A stretch of 64,000 nucleotides of DNA from Dehalococcoidia bacterium (GTDB lineage: Bacteria > Chloroflexota > Dehalococcoidia > Lucifugimonadales > Australimonadaceae). The notes under the pieces are model-generated. The model made no database searches and was not told where the DNA came from. It was given only the letters and a program-made list of their open reading frames with translations. This document shows positions 42,857 through 50,831 of the stretch, in pieces. Numbering within the stretch: the first letter of the stretch is position 1; each line of letters starts with the position of its first letter. The stretch is taken from contig OZ241751.1 of the NCBI GenBank assembly GCA_965201135.1, forward strand, positions 1,460,248-1,524,247, read 5' to 3'. The translations under genes were made by a program, and so were the position numbers.

Positions 42857-43744
42857 CTACATCATCCGCTGGAGGATGCGGTCGGCCTGCTCTTCGGTGA
42901 GGCCGCCCTCGCGCTTTGCGACGGGGCCGTCGCGGAGGACGGGCTCGAGGTCGGTGAGGGACTCCTTGTCGTTCTCGAGGTGGTAGAACTTGCCGATGTA
43001 GATCTCGTCGCCCCAGGCCATCGCCCTCTCGCAGGCCGTAGCCCAGTCGGAGGGATCGTGGCCTTCGTCCTCCAACTTGCGGATGCGGGCTTTGAAGAAG
43101 TTGTGCGAGTTGTCGAGGTTGAACGTCACGCAGGGGCTGAAGACGTCGATGAGGGCGAAGCCCTTGTGCTGGACGCCGCCCTTGATGAGGTCGGTCATGT
43201 GCCTGATCTCGCCGGAGTAGGCGCGGGCGACGTAGGTCGCGCCGTTCATAATGGCGGAGGTGATGGGGTTGATGGGGTACTCGACGCTGCCGAACGGCGT
43301 GCTCTTGGTCTTTTGGCCCACCCTGCTGGTGGGGGAGACCTGGCCGGTGGTGAGGCCGTAGATCTGGTTGTTCATCACCACGTACGTGAGGTCGACGTTG
43401 CGGCGGGCGGTGTGCGTGAAGTGGTTGCCGCCGATGCCGTAGCCGTCCCCGTCGCCGCCGGTCGCGATGACGGCGAGGTCGTGGTTGGCCATCTTGACGC
43501 CGGTCGCGAAGGCGAGGGAGCGCCCGTGCAGCGTGTGCGCGCCGTAGGTGTTGATGTAGCCGGGGAGGTTGGACGAGCAGCCGATGCCGGAGACGGTGAC
43601 GATCTCGTGCGGATGGAGGCCGAGTTCGGCGGCGGCGCGCTGGAGCGCGCTGAGGACGCCGAAGTCGCCGCAGCCGGGGCACCAATCGGGGTCGACCTTG
43701 CCCTTGAAGTCCTTCGGGGTGAGTTCGATGGTCGTGGTGGTCAT
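42857..43744 (-). CDS. korB: 2-oxoacid:ferredoxin oxidoreductase, beta subunit
   Basis: 295 aa. Reads WCPGCGDFGVL and the TPP motif ATGGDGDGYGIGGNHF..MNNQIYGLT. Confidence 0.92.
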   Translation of the reverse strand: MTTTTIELTPKDFKGKVDPDWCPGCGDFGVLSALQRAAAELGLHPHEIVTVSGIGCSSNLPGYINTYGAHTLHGRSLAFATGVKMANHDLAVIATGGDGDGYGIGGNHFTHTARRNVDLTYVVMNNQIYGLTTGQVSPTSRVGQKTKSTPFGSVEYPINPITSAIMNGATYVARAYSGEIRHMTDLIKGGVQHKGFALIDVFSPCVTFNLDNSHNFFKARIRKLEDEGHDPSDWATACERAMAWGDEIYIGKFYHLENDKESLTDLEPVLRDGPVAKREGGLTEEQADRILQRMM

Positions 43745-43765
43745 TGCGCGCTCCTTACGGTACGG

Positions 43766-45547
43766 CTAAACGATGATTTCCTGGCTGGGGACGAAGACGC
43801 CGCCCTCGCCGCCGAGCAGGTCCGCGACGCCGTCGGCGACGTGATGGGGCGCGAACGGCTCGCCGTCGTACTTGCGGACGTGCCCGTAGGCGCTGAGGCC
43901 GGTCTCGCTCCGCAAGTAGCGGGCGAACTGGCCGGAGTAGTTGTTCTCGACGATGACGAACTTGCGCCCGCCCAGGGCGGCGGCGACCTCGTCGGCGTGG
44001 AAGGGGATAAGCCACTTGACGGCGAGGCGGTTGGCGGTCACGCCGCGCTCGGCGAGGAGTTCGATGGACTCCGCGATGACCCCGGCCGTGGAGCCCCACC
44101 CGACGAGCGTGACGTCGGCGTCGGCGGGGCCTTCGATTTCGGGCGGGGCGATCAGGCCGACGGCGTCTTGGAACTTGCGCGCGCGCTTCTCGACGGAGGC
44201 GCGCCTGCGGTGGGGGTTGGTGAACTCGTCGGAGAGGAGCATAGAGTCTTCGTCGTGCTCGTCGGTGGCGACGGTGTGGACGCGCCCGGGCGTACCGGGG
44301 AGCGCGCGCGGGGAGATTCCGCTGGGGGTGTCCTTGTAGCGCAGGTACTCTTCGCCGTTGGCCCCGTCCTCCGACGCCAGCGCGCCGCGGTCGATGGCGG
44401 GGTGGAAGTCGATGTCGCGCGGGTTGATGGTGTACCTGCCCTCGGAGATGAGGAGGTCGGAGAGGATGATGCCCGGGCACTGGAGTTTGTCGGCGAGGTT
44501 GAAGAGTTCCGGGACGGTGTTGTAGGCGTCGCGGGCGTCGATGGGGCTGACGACGAAGCGCTCGAAGTCGCCCTGGCTGGCGCCCAGCGCTTGCCAAAGG
44601 TCGCCCTGCTCGGTCTTCGTCGGAACGCCGGTGGAGGGGCCCGCGCGCTGGACGTTGATGAAAACGCAGGGGATCTCCATCATCGAGGCGGCGCCGACGG
44701 CCTCCGTCATCAGAGCGAAGCCGCCGCCGGAGGTGGCGCACATCGCCCGCGCCCCCGCGTAGGCCGCGCCGACCACCATATTCGCGACGCCGATCTCGTC
44801 CTCGACTTGGCGCACCATAATGCCGAGGCTTCGGGCGTTTTGGGCGAACCAGTGGAGGACGCCAGTCGAGGGGCTCATCGGATAGGCGGCGTAGAACTTG
44901 ACGCCCGCCGCCGCGCCCCCCATCGCAAGCGCCTCGTTGCCCGACCAAACCGCGAGGGGCTCGCCGCCCTCCGGCATCGGGTCGGGGAAGGGAACGAAGT
45001 TCTCCTGCGCGTGAGCGTATCCGGCGAGGGCGACGCGGACGTTTTCGTTGACGATGTCCTCGCCTTTGCGGGCGAACTGCTCCGTGATGCTCGTCTCCAG
45101 CAAGGAGAAGTCCATGCCGAGGAGGTGCATCATCGCGCCGAGCGCGACGGTGTTCTGGTTGAGGCCGACGCGCTGGAGCCCGGTGATCTCCTTGACGGGA
45201 AGAGGGCAGAGTTGGACGCCGTCGGCGGCGTCGCCCGGGGAAACGTCGTCGCTGTTGTAGAGGGCCGCCGCGCCGGAGCCCAGGAGCCGGAGGTGCCTGT
45301 CCATCGTGTCCTGGTTGAGGGCGAGCAGCATATCCAGTTTGTCGCCGTGGCTGTGAACTTCCTTCTCCGCGATGCGGACAGTGAGGAAGATGTGGCCGCC
45401 CCTGATGATGGACTGGTAGGCGTTGTAGGTGGACAGGTGAAGCCCCCGCCTTGCGACGATGCGGGCGAGCGTGTCGCCCGGGGTGGCGATGCCCTGCCCC
45501 GCCGAGCCCCCTATCGCAAGCGCGAAGTCGAAACTGCCGTTGGTCAT
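43766..45547 (-). CDS. korA: 2-oxoacid:ferredoxin oxidoreductase, alpha subunit
   Basis: 593 aa. Reads IGGSAGQGI.., ..AAYPMSPST.., and lies directly upstream of korB. Confidence 0.9.
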   Translation of the reverse strand: MTNGSFDFALAIGGSAGQGIATPGDTLARIVARRGLHLSTYNAYQSIIRGGHIFLTVRIAEKEVHSHGDKLDMLLALNQDTMDRHLRLLGSGAAALYNSDDVSPGDAADGVQLCPLPVKEITGLQRVGLNQNTVALGAMMHLLGMDFSLLETSITEQFARKGEDIVNENVRVALAGYAHAQENFVPFPDPMPEGGEPLAVWSGNEALAMGGAAAGVKFYAAYPMSPSTGVLHWFAQNARSLGIMVRQVEDEIGVANMVVGAAYAGARAMCATSGGGFALMTEAVGAASMMEIPCVFINVQRAGPSTGVPTKTEQGDLWQALGASQGDFERFVVSPIDARDAYNTVPELFNLADKLQCPGIILSDLLISEGRYTINPRDIDFHPAIDRGALASEDGANGEEYLRYKDTPSGISPRALPGTPGRVHTVATDEHDEDSMLLSDEFTNPHRRRASVEKRARKFQDAVGLIAPPEIEGPADADVTLVGWGSTAGVIAESIELLAERGVTANRLAVKWLIPFHADEVAAALGGRKFVIVENNYSGQFARYLRSETGLSAYGHVRKYDGEPFAPHHVADGVADLLGGEGGVFVPSQEIIV

Positions 45548-45586
45548 TCGTTCCCTCCCGAACCCGTTATGGAGCGCCCTGCCGCC

Positions 45587-46948
45587 CTAGCGTTGAGCGG
45601 CGAGCGCGGCTTCTTTCACCGCTTCGGACATGCTGGGATGGACGTTGACCATACGCCCGACCTCATAGTCCGTTCCGTCGAGCAGCCGCGTCATGCTGAG
45701 TTCCCCCAGCAACTCGGCTACCTCGTGGCCGACGAGATGCGCGCCAAGCAGTTCGCCCGTATCCGCGTCGGCGACAATTTTAGCGAATCCTTCCTTATGG
45801 CCCGCGGCGAGCGCTTTGCCGTTGGCGATAAAGGGGAATTTGCCCACTCTCACGGCGCCGCCCCGCTCTCGCGCCTCGGCCTCCGTGAGGCCCATCCCGG
45901 CCGCCTGCGGGTCGCAGTAGGCTACGCGAGGCATCGCCTGATAGTCGAGAGGCTGCGGGTCGAGCCCGGCGGCGCGCTCCGCCGCGTAGACGCCCTCGGC
46001 CTGCGCGACGTGCGCCAGAGGAAGGCGTCCATTGACGTCGCCGACGGCGTAGACGTTCGCGCCGTTGGCGCGGAGCCGTGCGTCCACCCTGATGAACCCG
46101 CGCTCGAGCGTCGCGCCGGCGTTCTCCGCGCCGAGTCCGTCAGTGTTGGGAATGACGCCGGCGGCGATGAGCGCGCGGTCCGCGTCAAGGACGACCTCGC
46201 CCTCCGGCGCGTCTATCGTGATCCGCGCCTCGCCGCCCTGCGCGTCTAGGCGGGCGACGGTCGCGTTCACGAGGATGCGAACGCCTTGGCTCTCCAGCGC
46301 CCGCGTGAGCGACTGCGTGACCTCAGCGTCCTCTTTCGGAAGAATGCGGGGCATGCTCTCGACGAGCGTCGTCTCCGCGCCGTAGGCGTTGTAGAGATAA
46401 GCGAACTCGACGCCGGTCGCCCCGGCGCCGACGATGACCACGCGGTCGGGGACGCTCTCGTCCAGGATGGCCTCGCGGTAGGTCATCACGACCTCGCCGT
46501 CGGCCTCAATGGGGGCGGGGACGGCGGGGCGGGCGCCGGTTGCGATGACGAGCGCGCCGCAGCCGATGCGCTCGCCGTTCACGGCGACCGCCTCCGCGCC
46601 CTCTATAAAGGCGTCGCCCTCAATATAAGCGACGTCGTGCTGGCGGAAGAGATGCGCGACGCCCTTCCGCAAGCGATCCACGACGCCCCGGCTTCGGGCG
46701 ACGCCGGCGGCGTAGTCGGCCTCGACGCCGCTCACGCGGATCCCGTACTCGCCGGCGCCTCTGACGGCGCGCAGCGCCTCGGCGTTCCGCAGCAGCGCCT
46801 TCGAGGGAATGCACCCCAGATTGAGGCAGACGCCCCCTAGCGTCTCGCGCTCGACGCAGACGGCGCGCAGCCCCAGTTGGGCGGCGCGAACGGCGGCGGA
46901 GTAGCCGCCGGGGCCTGAGCCGATTACCGCAACGTCGTAGTCCGCCAT
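45587..46948 (-). CDS. lpd: dihydrolipoyl dehydrogenase
   Basis: ATG at 46948 (MADYDVAVIGSGPGGY). Redox-active GGVCLNLGCIPSKALL, NAD site VIVGAGATGVE, and a C-terminal HPSMSE interface motif. Confidence 0.92.
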   Translation of the reverse strand: MADYDVAVIGSGPGGYSAAVRAAQLGLRAVCVERETLGGVCLNLGCIPSKALLRNAEALRAVRGAGEYGIRVSGVEADYAAGVARSRGVVDRLRKGVAHLFRQHDVAYIEGDAFIEGAEAVAVNGERIGCGALVIATGARPAVPAPIEADGEVVMTYREAILDESVPDRVVIVGAGATGVEFAYLYNAYGAETTLVESMPRILPKEDAEVTQSLTRALESQGVRILVNATVARLDAQGGEARITIDAPEGEVVLDADRALIAAGVIPNTDGLGAENAGATLERGFIRVDARLRANGANVYAVGDVNGRLPLAHVAQAEGVYAAERAAGLDPQPLDYQAMPRVAYCDPQAAGMGLTEAEARERGGAVRVGKFPFIANGKALAAGHKEGFAKIVADADTGELLGAHLVGHEVAELLGELSMTRLLDGTDYEVGRMVNVHPSMSEAVKEAALAAQR

Positions 46949-47118
46949 CGCCTGATTCTTACTCGCAGCCGCGCCGCCCGCCCGGATTGGAGCGAGGCCG
47001 CGGCATAGGGGAATGCCATGCGCCGCGAAAGCGCAGCGGGGAGTATACCTCGTCCCGCCGGCTTCGGCAAACGCAGGGGCTCGTCCCCTAAACGCGGGAG
47101 AAGAGCGGAGCGCTAGGG

Positions 47119-47508
47119 TTACTCCTGCGCGCGGACATAGGGGCGTATCCGCTCGTATGTCGCCGGCCCGATGCCGGACACGGCCATCACCTGATCGATG
47201 CGGGCGAACGGGCCGTTCTTCTCGCGCCACGCGATGATGCGCCCCGCCAGAACCTCGCCGATGCCGGGCAGTTCCGCTAGTTCGTCGGCGGAGGCGGCGT
47301 TGAGGTTCACGGAGAGCAGCGAGGCGTCCTGGTCGAGGGAGGCCCCGGCGGACGCGGAGGCGGCAGGCGCAAGGTCTGCGACTTCGGTGGGGGGGATGAT
47401 CTCGATGCCGGGGCTTGGTTGCGGCGCGACGATCAGCCACAGAGCCCCAGCGAACGCGATGAGCGCAATAACGCTGAGGGAGATTTGGTAACCGCCGCGC
47501 CAATCCAT
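47119..47508 (-). CDS. comEA: ComEA-family helix-hairpin-helix DNA-binding protein
   Basis: 129 aa. An N-terminal TM helix, then VNLNAASADELAELPGIGEVLAGRIIAWRE..VSGIGPATYERI. Confidence 0.8.
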   Translation of the reverse strand: MDWRGGYQISLSVIALIAFAGALWLIVAPQPSPGIEIIPPTEVADLAPAASASAGASLDQDASLLSVNLNAASADELAELPGIGEVLAGRIIAWREKNGPFARIDQVMAVSGIGPATYERIRPYVRAQE

Positions 47509-48097
47509 CCGGCGGAATTTAGCACAAGCGGAAGCGCGCCGTCGGAAGGCGACGTCCCCATTATATGTGTATGAGCGCGTACACTCATTCCCCTTCTCTT
47601 CTCGCCCTTGCCTTACCCCAATTCCCCTCCCTCTCCCTCCTACCCTCGCAACCGGACAGCCGCCCCTTGCGCGGCGCGCCCCTAGCCGAGCTATCGTATC
47701 CCCACGCGCCAGGAGGTTTGCCTCTAGTGACGATGCTCGCCCCGCCGCCCGCCGAGTCCCCCGTGAGGAGCGAATCCTCTTGGGAGACGGCGCCGTCGCC
47801 CATCATCAGCATAGGGTCGGAGCGCGTCTGGCGTTCAATGGCCTGATGAAAGACCTAGGCGACAAGACGTTCGCGCTCGTCGGCGGGAGGGAGTACCTAG
47901 CGCGCTTGAACCGGATGGCGAGCGCGGAACGCTCATTGTCACGGAAGATTCCGCTGACGGCGGAATTGATTCCGAGGCGGTCGCGCGGCTGATCGGCGAT
48001 CTGTTCGGGGTTTAGCCTAGTAACGCCCTGAATTGGCCGCGCCACGCCATTCGCGCAGCCGCCGGCCACCCCGTTCCCCTTGCCGCCCCGCCCCTGA

Positions 48098-48103
48098 TAG
48101 AAT
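48098..48103 (+). promoter_or_regulatory. candidate -10 box TAGAAT upstream of the GYD gene
   Basis: cccctgaTAGAATcgcagg, followed by ataggagg and the ATG at 48145. Confidence 0.3.
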
Positions 48104-48144
48104 CGCAGGGCGCGGCGAGGATCTCCGCGCGATAGGAGGCGGCG

Positions 48145-48489
48145 ATGGCGAACTACATCCTCCTGATGACGCTCACCCCCGACGGGCAGCGGGCAGTGCT
48201 CGAGAATCCGGGCTCCGTCGCCGAGGCCGCCGCCCAAGCGCAGGTCGCCGACGTCACGGGGCTCGGCCTCTACGGCGTGCTCGGCCCCTACGACTTCGTC
48301 GGCATCGTTCAGGCGCCCGACAACGAGGCGGCGGCCCGCTACTCCGTCCAACTGGGCGTGCGGGTCGGAGCGCACATCACCACGCTCCCCGCCGTTCCCA
48401 TATCCCTGCTCAGCGAGCCGAACGAGCCCGACATAGACGCGCTGCTCGCCGGAACGAGCCTGCCCAGGCCCGAGGGCGCCTTGCGCTAG
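48145..48489 (+). CDS. GYD-domain protein
   Basis: 114 aa. Reads MANYILLMTLTPDG.. and GPYDFVGIVQAPDNEAA. Confidence 0.75.
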   Translation: MANYILLMTLTPDGQRAVLENPGSVAEAAAQAQVADVTGLGLYGVLGPYDFVGIVQAPDNEAAARYSVQLGVRVGAHITTLPAVPISLLSEPNEPDIDALLAGTSLPRPEGALR

Positions 48490-48496
48490 CCGCGCC

Positions 48497-48598
48497 GAGG
48501 GCGCGCAAGCGCCAAATTCCCCCTCTCCCTATAAGGGGGGAGGACGCCGCGAAGCAGCGGGAGAGGGTACTGCGGACGGAGGCGCAATCGCGCCCCGT
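48497..48598. repeat. inverted mosaic: GC hairpin - family C - family B
   Basis: gagggcgcgcaagcgcc; aattccccctctccctataaggggggaggacgccgcgaagcagcgggagagggtactgcg; gacggaggcgcaatcgcgccccgt. Confidence 0.8.
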
Positions 48599-48620
48599 TT
48601 CCCATCCCCGGGGCCGCGTC

Positions 48621-48629
48621 TGCTAGAAT
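48621..48629 (+). promoter_or_regulatory. candidate extended -10 (TGcTAGAAT)
   Basis: gtcTGCTAGAATcgg, 53 nt upstream of the ATG at 48682, which has an aaggagg Shine-Dalgarno. Confidence 0.35.
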
Positions 48630-48681
48630 CGGCGCCGACGACGCGGCGGGCGCGCGACACGCAACGCAAGGAGGCGGCGCT

Positions 48682-49791
48682 ATGACGACGGCCACGGCCA
48701 ACCTGGAAATCATCGTTGACGGCGACGGGCACATCATGGAGGACATCAAGGCGATGGCCGAGTTCCTTCCGCCCAAGTTCCGCGACAACCCCGCGCGCGG
48801 GCTCAACGCCTCGCTCTTCCCGCCCCTCGACCACCTCCACGCCGGCCACTTCGTCGAAACCCCGGGACGCCGCGACCGCAAGGGCGCGTTCGTCGGGCCC
48901 GACGGCTGGGAGGTCTTCCTCAGCGAAGTCGGCATAGACGCCACCGTCCTCTACCCGACGCAGGCCCTCTCCTACGGCAAGATCGTCAGCCGCGACTGGG
49001 CCATCGCCGCCGCCCAGGCCTACAACAACTGGCTCTCCGAAACGTACTGCAAGCGCGACGCCCGATTCCACGGCGTCGGCCTCATCCCTATGCAGGAGCC
49101 CGCCGAGGCCGTCGTCGAACTGCGCCGCTGCGTCGAAGACCTCGGCTTCGTCGGCGCGATGCTCCCTTCCTTCGGCCTGCCCGACCACCTCGGCTCCAAA
49201 CTCTACTGGCCGGTCTACGAGGAGGCCGACCGGCTCGGGTGCGCCATCGCCGTGCACGGGGGCGCGCACAGCGGCATCGGCCTCGACCATATGAACGTCT
49301 ACGCGCCGATTCACGCGCTCGGCCACCCTGCGGGCCAGGCCATCGCGCTCGCGGGCATGGTCTTCAACGGGGTGTTCGAGCGCTTTCCCAACGCCCGGTT
49401 CGGATTCCTCGAGGGCGGCATCGGCTGGTTCGTTATGTGCCTCGAGCGCTTCGACCGCTCCCACAGCACCCATATGGAGTACCAGTTGCGCGACGACGAT
49501 ATGCCCGGCCCGAAGATCGGCGACAGCGTGGCCGAATACATCCAGCGCCAGATCGACAACGACCGCCTCTTCATCGGCTGCGAGGGCGAAGAGCCCGCGC
49601 TCGCGTTCGCCGTCAGCCAGGTCGGCGCCAAGCCCTTCTTCTTCTCCACCGACTTCCCCCACGAGGTCACGACCGACTCCTGCCGCGAGGAGTTGCAGGA
49701 ACTGCTCGACAACGACGCTCTCTCCGCCGAGGACAAAGAGGCCATCCTGCACAAGAACGCACGCCGCTTCTACCGCCTGGGCGGAGCGTAG
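48682..49791 (+). CDS. amidohydrolase-2 (PF04909-like) family protein
   Basis: 369 aa. Reads IIVDGDGHIME.., ..AIAVHGG.., ..FSTDFPHE... Confidence 0.8.
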   Translation: MTTATANLEIIVDGDGHIMEDIKAMAEFLPPKFRDNPARGLNASLFPPLDHLHAGHFVETPGRRDRKGAFVGPDGWEVFLSEVGIDATVLYPTQALSYGKIVSRDWAIAAAQAYNNWLSETYCKRDARFHGVGLIPMQEPAEAVVELRRCVEDLGFVGAMLPSFGLPDHLGSKLYWPVYEEADRLGCAIAVHGGAHSGIGLDHMNVYAPIHALGHPAGQAIALAGMVFNGVFERFPNARFGFLEGGIGWFVMCLERFDRSHSTHMEYQLRDDDMPGPKIGDSVAEYIQRQIDNDRLFIGCEGEEPALAFAVSQVGAKPFFFSTDFPHEVTTDSCREELQELLDNDALSAEDKEAILHKNARRFYRLGGA

Positions 49792-49814
49792 GCCGGGCGG
49801 AGCGTAGGCCGCCG

Positions 49815-50831
49815 GTGGCGAGCGAAGCGTCCAAAGCCGAGACGTTGGCCTTCGTTCTGCGCGAGGGGTTCCGGCAGGCCGCGCCCAGATGGAGAGGCAA
49901 CATCCTCAACGAAGCGGGGACGCTCTCGTTGCTGATCCTCCCCGTCCTGACGGAACTCGGCTACCCGCCGTCCCACCGCATCCCGCAGCACGGAGCGGGG
50001 CGCAACTTCATCGACGAGGCGTGCTTTCTGCGCGAGGTGGGCAGCAGCGCGGGGCAAGCCGCGCTCATCGTCGAGGCCAAAGAGTACAAAACCGACTTCG
50101 ACTCCGGGCAAGGGCGCTCCGACTCCCCCGACCGCCAACTCCAGCGCTATCTCAAGCAGCACGACGCCAGCGGGCCGGGCACGCTAGGGGTCTTGACCGA
50201 CGGCGTCAAGTGGCGCGTCTACCGCCGGACGAGCAACCCGGCCAACCCCGACCTCGAATTCATCGTCGAGCGCGACTTCAGCGCCGTCGCCCAAGAGGGC
50301 AAGGCCGCCCTCGAGTCGGAGGAAGTCCGCGAACTGCTGGCCGGCTTCTACGCCTTGCTCGCTCGGGAGCGCATCGAGGCGAGGCTCAAGCCGGCGGCCG
50401 CGGCGAAGGCGGCCAACCCCGCCGACTCGCTGTTCGCGGACATCGCCCAGAACAGGCTCCCCGAATACCTCGCTTGCGCGATGCTGAACGACCCCGCCGC
50501 CCTCGTCCAATCCGACCTGACGGAGGACGTGACGCTGTTGGGCGTTCGCAAAGACGCCCACGACACCGATTGGGAAGCCTACGCCTACGCCCACGGGCCC
50601 GCGCTGCGCTCCTCCAGCCCCAGTTTGGCCGGCAAGCGCGTCGTCGTCGCGGCGGTGAACTTCCGCCACGACCCCGCCTACGGACTTCCCCGGTGGGACA
50701 CGGCGGTCTGCGCCCGAACATTCGCAAGCGTCAACGAATCCGGCGCGGCGGTCGTGCTGGCCCGCTGCGCGGCGCCCGACGGCGGCATCGAAGCGCGCCT
50801 CGCCGTCGCCGCAGGCGGGCAGGTCATATGA
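49815..50831 (+). CDS. PD-(D/E)xK nuclease-like protein (HsdR N-terminal-like domain), stand-alone
   Basis: In frame with track ORF 49239..50831, but that frame only leaves the amidohydrolase gene at 49791. First start is GTG 49815 (or TTG 49845). Reads ..LILPVLTELGYPP..NFIDEACFL..AALIVEAKEY..LQRYL..GVLTDGVKWRVYRR, then ~200 aa with no recognisable motif. The stop overlaps the next ATG (ATGA at 50828-50831). Confidence 0.7.
   Translation: MASEASKAETLAFVLREGFRQAAPRWRGNILNEAGTLSLLILPVLTELGYPPSHRIPQHGAGRNFIDEACFLREVGSSAGQAALIVEAKEYKTDFDSGQGRSDSPDRQLQRYLKQHDASGPGTLGVLTDGVKWRVYRRTSNPANPDLEFIVERDFSAVAQEGKAALESEEVRELLAGFYALLARERIEARLKPAAAAKAANPADSLFADIAQNRLPEYLACAMLNDPAALVQSDLTEDVTLLGVRKDAHDTDWEAYAYAHGPALRSSSPSLAGKRVVVAAVNFRHDPAYGLPRWDTAVCARTFASVNESGAAVVLARCAAPDGGIEARLAVAAGGQVI

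Noticed and set aside
47810-48010. Lower-GC segment with short ORFs: plus strand MKDLGDKTFALVGGREYLARLNRMASAERSLSRKIPLTAELIPRRSRG, minus strand ..NPEQIADQPRDRLGINSAVSGIFRDNERSALAIRFKRA...
   Set aside because: There is no start codon for the minus frame, no Shine-Dalgarno sequence for the plus one, and no family recognised. It could be a small gene, a relic or an sRNA, but I cannot support any of these.
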